DNA from: an uncultured Bacilli bacterium
GTDB taxonomy: Bacteria > Bacillota_I > Bacilli_A > RF39 > UBA660
Length of the DNA stretch: 64,000 nt
Assembly: GCA_947626095.1 (NCBI GenBank)
Contig: CANQQV010000005.1
Location: 1-64,000, forward strand
Reading direction: 5' to 3'
A model generated the notes under the pieces. That model did no database searches, had not been told where the DNA came from, and was given only the letters and a program-made list of their open reading frames with translations. Position numbers and translations under genes: made by a program. Shown in pieces: positions 58,789 through 64,000 of the stretch (position 1 is the stretch's first letter; each line of letters begins with the position of its first letter).

Positions 58789-59727
58789 CTACTTCCTCTT
58801 CTCCATTAATTTCTTTATAACAAAATTTTGAATGACAGCAAAACCATTAGTTACGATCCAATATAAAGCAATGGCAGTTGGTAAACTTAATGATGCTACT
58901 GAAACCATTAAAATCATAAAGATAAACATAAAATTAGTTTGTTGAGCTATTTCGGAGTTTTTATCTTGACTGGCCATTGATATCTTAAATGATAAGAACG
59001 TTGTTAATATAATTAAGATTATCAACAATATATATAAATAATTATGTTGCATAATACCAGTTACTGGAGTCATACCTAAGTTCATTGTTAAGAATTTCCC
59101 TTCGAATATTGCTGGTACTCTATTAATTGCTTCTAAGAAAGCAAAGAATAACGGCAACTGAATGAAGGCTAGTAAACAACCACTAACAGGATTTATTTCA
59201 TATTTTTTATATACTAACATTGTTTCTTGGCTCTTAGCCATTAATGATTCATTATCTGTTTTATTACGATATTTTCTTTCAATACGTGCTATTTCTGGTT
59301 GAGCTTTTTTCATATTTTCTGATTGTTTGACGGTTTTAATTTGAATTGGTAACATAATTAATCTTATTAATAAACCGATTATCATTACTGATATACCCAT
59401 ATTCTTAACTAAGTAACCAAATTTTAAGATGATATAAGCTAATGGTTTAATAAAGATTGATTCCCATAAACCTTGGTATTTTAATTTGCCTGGCGTAAAA
59501 TTTTTACATGTTGGTAAATCTTCTAAACTTACTTTTAAATTATCATCATATTTCTCATAAGTTTTTAATAAATCTTCATCACTTGGTTTACATAATATGT
59601 TAGAAGTAAGAGTTTGACCAGTTTTTTCATTGGTTACAGCTTCCTTACCATCTTTTAAAGTTTGGGTACATCCGGTTAATAATATTAGTAATAATGCAAT
59701 AATAAATATTTTTGTTTTCTTTTTCAC
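58789..59727 (-). CDS. yidC: Membrane protein insertase YidC (lipoprotein)
   Basis: LTGC lipobox, GCLLAFIQLP, ALYW. Confidence 0.93.
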   Translation of the reverse strand: MKKKTKIFIIALLLILLTGCTQTLKDGKEAVTNEKTGQTLTSNILCKPSDEDLLKTYEKYDDNLKVSLEDLPTCKNFTPGKLKYQGLWESIFIKPLAYIILKFGYLVKNMGISVMIIGLLIRLIMLPIQIKTVKQSENMKKAQPEIARIERKYRNKTDNESLMAKSQETMLVYKKYEINPVSGCLLAFIQLPLFFAFLEAINRVPAIFEGKFLTMNLGMTPVTGIMQHNYLYILLIILIILTTFLSFKISMASQDKNSEIAQQTNFMFIFMILMVSVASLSLPTAIALYWIVTNGFAVIQNFVIKKLMEKRK

Positions 59728-59737
59728 TGTATCACCC

Positions 59738-60058
59738 TTATTGATTTAATAAATCTATTAAAGCTTGTTCTAAGATTGCATATTTTACTTCTGAACAGCT
59801 CCTTCTTATCATTATAATATAATTATGGTTATTTTTAAATAAATTTCTGTTTTTATCAATAATAGATCTTACTTGTCTTTTTAATTTATTTCGTAAATGT
59901 GCTTTACCGACTTTATTACTAATAGCGATACCAAAATTTATTTCTGGGTCTTCTTTTTTAGAACTATATAAGACAAAATATGAATTTTTTATATATTTAC
60001 CATTCTTTATTATATTATTAAATAATTTTTGGTCTTTGATGGTTTCAGCCCTTTTCAT
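59738..60058 (-). CDS. rnpA: Ribonuclease P protein component
   Basis: FGIAISNKVGKAHLRNKLKR. Confidence 0.93.
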   Translation of the reverse strand: MKRAETIKDQKLFNNIIKNGKYIKNSYFVLYSSKKEDPEINFGIAISNKVGKAHLRNKLKRQVRSIIDKNRNLFKNNHNYIIMIRRSCSEVKYAILEQALIDLLNQ

Positions 60059-60105
60059 ATTCTTTCATCCCTTTTAATACATAAAAAACCACTTAAGATA
60101 GTGGC

Positions 60106-60231
60106 TTATTTAACTACGACTTTTTTACGTCCCTTTTTTCTTCTTGAATTTAGAATATTACTTTCTTTTCTAGCAAAGAATCCATGTTTTTTTGCTCTTT
60201 TTCTATTATTTGGTTGATAAGTTCTTTTCAT
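60106..60231 (-). CDS. rpmH: 50S ribosomal protein L34 (41 aa)
   Basis: Not in the ORF track. [51 protein letters not shown]. Confidence 0.95.
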   Translation of the reverse strand: MKRTYQPNNRKRAKKHGFFARKESNILNSRRKKGRKKVVVK

Positions 60232-60336
60232 GTATTACACCTCCACATCTAAATAAGCTCCCTTATTATAATATTAAGATTTAAAAATTGTCAAGAAATA
60301 TCGGGCTATAGTTCAATTTTGGCATGAATTAGACAT

Positions 60337-60514
60337 TTATCAACAGCATCCTGTGAATATGTGGATAACTTTTTGCACATGTTTATTTGAAATTTGTGGA
60401 TAATGTGGATAAATGGCTTATTCTTAGGTATTTTGTGTCGTTTTTTGTCGATAAGCTTGTTTATATATTTGTGGATGAAAAAATTTTTAAAAATATTGCT
60501 TTTATTTTTCCACA
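60337..60514. other. oriC region 1: DnaA-box cluster upstream of dnaA
   Basis: TGTGGATAA at 60360, 60395 and 60404; near matches TTATCAACA 60337, TGTGGATGA 60470, TTTTCCACA 60506. Confidence 0.9.
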
Positions 60515-60553
60515 GGTTGAGTTAAAATATTTGTACATAAATGGCAAAGTGGG

Positions 60554-61924
60554 GTGATGGGATTGAACTCAGAAGAGATCTGGGCACATTTTTTAGATAT
60601 AATTAAAGAAAAACTTAACCCAGTATCTTTTAGTACATGGTTTAGAGATACTAAATTACATGAAATTACTGATTCAAAGATAGTATTACAAGTACCAATG
60701 CCTTTACACAAAAAATTTTTATTATCAAATTATTATGATTTAATGGATGAGGCTTTTTCTAAAATTACAGGGGTAAAAAGGGATATAGAATGTTTATTGG
60801 AAGAAGAAATTGAAGCTCCAGTTACAGAATTAATTAATGAGGTTGTTAATGAACAAGTAGATATTCACAATGATGATACTCCTTTTGAAACTAATTTAAA
60901 ACCAAGTTTAAATTTTGATAATTTTGTAGTAGGGGATACGAATAAATTTGCAAGAACAGCGGCTTTTGCCGTAGCTGAGAATCCTGGAGTTCAATTCAAT
61001 CCGTTATTTATATATGGAAAAAGTGGTATTGGAAAAACTCACTTAATGCATGCAATCGGTAACTACATTACGGAACATCATAAAGAACTTAAAGTATTAT
61101 ATGCAACTAGTGATGATTTTAGAAAAGATTATACTGGTAGTGATAGTAGTGATAATAAAGAATACTTTAATAAATTTAAGAATAAATATCGTAATGTTGA
61201 TGTTTTAATTATTGATGATATTCAATATTTAGTAGATGCAAAGAAAACCCAAGAAGAATTCTTTCATACTTTTAATTATTTACATGATAATAATAAACAG
61301 ATTATTATAAGTTCTGATAGATCACCTGATGATTTAAAATTATTAGAGGATAGACTTAGAAGTAGATTTGCTTGGGGATTACCAGTTGATATTTATCCAC
61401 CTGATTTTGACTTAAGATGTCGTATTATAAAAGATAAAATTAATAGAATACCTAATTTAGCGAATAAAATTACTGATGAAGCAGTAGAATTTATAGCTAA
61501 TAATTGTGATACTGATGTAAGAAGTATTGAAGGAGTAATAAATAGGTTAGTTGCTTATACGGCAATCTTTGTACCTAATAAATTAGATTTAGAATTTACA
61601 AACGAAGCACTAAAAGATTATTTAACAAAGAATCCTTATATGACTAATGATATTGTAAGTATTCAAAAGGCGGTAGCTGATTATTATAATATTACAGTTG
61701 AAGTATTAAAAGGAAAGAAAAGAAGTAAAGATATAGCTTATGCTAGAATGTTAGCAATGTACTTATGTCGTATGATGACAGATCAATCTTTTCCAAGAAT
61801 TGGCTTAGAATTTGGTGGTAAAGATCATTCAACAGTAATACATGCTGTTAATACAATTGAAGAAGACTTAAAAAATAATAGTCAATTAAAAGAAATTATT
61901 AATGAAATTAAATCTAAATTATAA
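60554..61924 (+). CDS. dnaA: Chromosomal replication initiator DnaA
   Basis: NPLFIYGKSGIGKTHL, IIDDIQ, RLRSRF, GGKDHSTV. Confidence 0.99.
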   Translation: MMGLNSEEIWAHFLDIIKEKLNPVSFSTWFRDTKLHEITDSKIVLQVPMPLHKKFLLSNYYDLMDEAFSKITGVKRDIECLLEEEIEAPVTELINEVVNEQVDIHNDDTPFETNLKPSLNFDNFVVGDTNKFARTAAFAVAENPGVQFNPLFIYGKSGIGKTHLMHAIGNYITEHHKELKVLYATSDDFRKDYTGSDSSDNKEYFNKFKNKYRNVDVLIIDDIQYLVDAKKTQEEFFHTFNYLHDNNKQIIISSDRSPDDLKLLEDRLRSRFAWGLPVDIYPPDFDLRCRIIKDKINRIPNLANKITDEAVEFIANNCDTDVRSIEGVINRLVAYTAIFVPNKLDLEFTNEALKDYLTKNPYMTNDIVSIQKAVADYYNITVEVLKGKKRSKDIAYARMLAMYLCRMMTDQSFPRIGLEFGGKDHSTVIHAVNTIEEDLKNNSQLKEIINEIKSKL

Positions 61925-61949
61925 GTTTGTTAATTAATTGTTAGTAAAA

Positions 61950-62045
61950 GAAGAATTATTAACAGGAAAAAATGAACGTTTTTTATAGATAATTGTGAGT
62001 AAAATCGTAGTTATTCACATTATTCACGTTGTAATAATAATAAAA
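61950..62045. other. oriC region 2: DnaA boxes and DnaA-trio unwinding site
   Basis: Tandem TTATTCACA/TTATTCACG (62011-62028) followed by (TAA)4 at 62032-62043. Confidence 0.8.
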
Positions 62046-62078
62046 CTATAAAAAAATAAAAAGAAAGAAGGAAAATAA

Positions 62079-63197
62079 ATGAAATTTACGATTGAAAAAA
62101 ATATTTTATTAGAAAATTTATCAAACGTTGTTAAAGCTATTTCTACTAAAAATATTATTCCAATATTAAATGGTGTTAAATTTGAATTAAATGATGAAGG
62201 TTTATTTTTAACAGCTAGTGATAGTGAATTAACAATAAGAGCATTTATTGATAAGAAATCGATTACTAATGTAGAAAAAGAAGGATCTATAATAATTCAA
62301 AGTAAATATATATTAGATATAATAAGAAAGCTACCTTCAGATTTAATTAACTTTGAATTAATGGATGGTTTAAAAATAAAGATATCATCTGATAATAGTC
62401 AATATGATTTAAATTGTTTAGATCCTAAAGAATATCCAAGTTTAAAATTAGAAGAAGTAGAAAAACCTATAATTATTAAGGGAGATACATTTAAAACAAT
62501 TATCAGTCAAACAGCTTTTGCAATATCTACACAAGAATTAAGACCTTTACTTACAGGACTTAACTTTAAAATAGTAGGGGACTTACTTGAATGTATTGCA
62601 ACTGACTCTTACCGTCTTGCTAAAAAGAATATTACTTTAGATGTACCTAGTGAAGAAGAGATTAATATTGTTATACCTGGTAAGAATATAATGGAATTAG
62701 ATAAAATAATAAATGAAGATGAAGATGTAGAAATGCATGTCTTTACTAATAAAGTATTATTTAAATATAAAAATATAATCTTTCAAAGTAATCTTCTTTC
62801 TGGAACATATCCTAATACTTCTAATTTAATACCTAATGATTTTGCCATTATTGTTAATACTAAATTAGATAATTATTATAATGCTATTGATAGAGCAGCT
62901 TTACTTACACAAAATAAGGATAAAAATATTGTTAAAATGAGAATAAAAGGCAACCAAATGATTATTAACTCTTATGCATCAGAAATAGGTAAAGTAGAAG
63001 AAAAACTTGATATTGAAACGGCAGCTGATGCTAATATAGATATTTCATTTAGTGCTAAATATATGTTAGATGCTTTAAAAACAATGAAAGATGAAGAAAT
63101 ATTAATTTTACTTAATGGGGAAGTAAAACCAATTGTTATTAAATCAGTATCTGATGAATCTTTAATTCAATTAATTTTACCTATTAAAACATTTTAA
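62079..63197 (+). CDS. dnaN: DNA polymerase III beta clamp
   Basis: ATDSYRLA, GTYP, LILPI. Confidence 0.98.
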   Translation: MKFTIEKNILLENLSNVVKAISTKNIIPILNGVKFELNDEGLFLTASDSELTIRAFIDKKSITNVEKEGSIIIQSKYILDIIRKLPSDLINFELMDGLKIKISSDNSQYDLNCLDPKEYPSLKLEEVEKPIIIKGDTFKTIISQTAFAISTQELRPLLTGLNFKIVGDLLECIATDSYRLAKKNITLDVPSEEEINIVIPGKNIMELDKIINEDEDVEMHVFTNKVLFKYKNIIFQSNLLSGTYPNTSNLIPNDFAIIVNTKLDNYYNAIDRAALLTQNKDKNIVKMRIKGNQMIINSYASEIGKVEEKLDIETAADANIDISFSAKYMLDALKTMKDEEILILLNGEVKPIVIKSVSDESLIQLILPIKTF

Positions 63198-63211
63198 TTA
63201 AGAGAAAAATT

Positions 63212-63244
63212 AAATCACTTTCTGTAAAAGAGAGTGATTTTTTT
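63212..63244 (+). terminator. Terminator after dnaN
   Basis: AAATCACTTTCT...AGAGAGTGATTT followed by a T-tract. Confidence 0.75.
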
Positions 63245-63269
63245 GTGAAATAAAAAATTTTTGTAATTA

Positions 63270-63303
63270 ATCGACAGAATGTGACAAAATTCGACATTAT
63301 AAT
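63270..63303 (+). promoter_or_regulatory. Three phased Spo0A-like boxes abutting a TATAAT -10 of comK
   Basis: ATCGACA (63270), TGTGACA (63280) and TTCGACA (63290; exact reverse complement of TGTCGAA) at a 10-bp period; TATAAT at 63298. Confidence 0.55.
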
Positions 63304-63347
63304 AGAGTATAAGGTTGGTAAATTTTGGAAAGAGGGAGGTTTTGGAT

Positions 63348-63800
63348 ATGGATTCTTATGAAATTAATAAGAATACAGTGGCTTTAGTACCAAAAGATGA
63401 TCATCATACAGTAGTATATGAAGTTGAAGATTCTTTTACTGTTGATAAACCAGTTTTAAAGATAGTAGAAGAAAGTTGTGAATATTTTGGTAGTTCATTA
63501 GAAGGAAGACAGATAGGAACTTCTAAATTAGTTGGTTTTACTCATAAAGTACCAGTTATTATTGAAGAAACATTTAATCTAATCTTTTTTCCAACGTTAT
63601 CACCAAAGAATAAAGAATGTTCATGGTTATCTTATGAACATATTTATAAGCCAAATAAGTTTAAAGATAAAACGATTATTGAGCTTAAAAATGGGAAAAA
63701 GTTACTAGTTGATGTATCGTCAGCGATAATAGATAATCAACTTTATCGTTGTTCAAGATTAAAAGATACATTACAAATGCGAAAAATTGCGAAAAAATGA
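63348..63800 (+). CDS. comK: Competence transcription factor ComK family
   Basis: YEINKNT, SCEYFGSSLEGR, HKVP, FFPTLSP, CSWLS; GGAGG RBS before MDSYE. Confidence 0.9.
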   Translation: MDSYEINKNTVALVPKDDHHTVVYEVEDSFTVDKPVLKIVEESCEYFGSSLEGRQIGTSKLVGFTHKVPVIIEETFNLIFFPTLSPKNKECSWLSYEHIYKPNKFKDKTIIELKNGKKLLVDVSSAIIDNQLYRCSRLKDTLQMRKIAKK

Positions 63801-63803
63801 TTA

Positions 63804-63828
63804 AAAAGCTACTAAAAGGTAGCTTTTT
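63804..63828 (+). terminator. Terminator after comK
   Basis: AAAAGCTAC...GTAGCTTTT inverted repeat. Confidence 0.7.
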
Positions 63829-63905
63829 GTGTTATAATTTATTTGAGGTATGGGAGTACTCAAAAAATACTTTTGTTAATCTATGGTCGTAAAAGAGGCT
63901 AAAAA

Positions 63906-64000
63906 ATGAAGATACAACATTTGAGATTATTAAATTTTAGAAATTATGAAAAAATGGAAATTAGTTTTGATCCTAGTTATAACATAATATATGGTAATAA
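63906..64000 (+). CDS. recF: DNA replication/repair protein RecF, 5' part
   Basis: MKIQHLRLLNFRNYEKMEISFDPSYNIIYGN, truncated by the window end. Confidence 0.9.
   Translation, partial: MKIQHLRLLNFRNYEKMEISFDPSYNIIYGN

Noticed and set aside
2110-60711. Numerous 60-145 aa shadow ORFs (e.g. 2110-2352, 3311-3625, 7414-7665, 12876-13268, 27662-28099, 47886-48116, 60029-60217, 60502-60711)
   Set aside because: They lie antisense to well-supported genes and have the Ser/Leu/Ile/Phe-rich composition expected from reverse-strand codons.

Overview
AT-rich chromosomal window from a low-GC, apparently genome-reduced, spore-forming member of the Bacilli (gene content suggests an RF39-like gut lineage; this is inference). 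TGA is a stop codon, since prfB carries the CTT-TGA-C frameshift. The right end holds the replication origin: rnpA-rpmH, oriC, dnaA, dnaN, then comK and the start of recF. Almost all genes left of dnaA lie on the minus (leading) strand. Most of the window is housekeeping (mnmE/mnmG/rsmG/noc, argS, rpoE, prfA/prmC, murA, rpmE, secA, metK, prfB, tilS, ftsH, soj/spo0J, ychF, rpsF-ssb-rpsR) plus sporulation genes (spoIIR, spoIID, spoIIQ). Notable items: (1) a stand-alone chromosomal PurZ-type (2-aminoadenylosuccinate synthase-like) gene with no phage genes nearby and a ~99-aa insertion; (2) a compact type VII secretion locus (essC, yukD, divergent WXG-like helical proteins, an ADP-ribosylhydrolase and two ORFs sharing an unrecognised N-terminal motif); (3) a short (~460 nt) OLE RNA upstream of oapA in a non-canonical context; (4) a Noc lacking the membrane helix but with a long disordered insert, and a perfect Noc site over its operon promoter; (5) a P4-less SAM-I riboswitch, a degenerate Mbl-like protein, FtsH with a Rho_N-like tail, and comK with phased Spo0A-like boxes. 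All family assignments come from motif recognition and recalled reference sequences, not from database searches.
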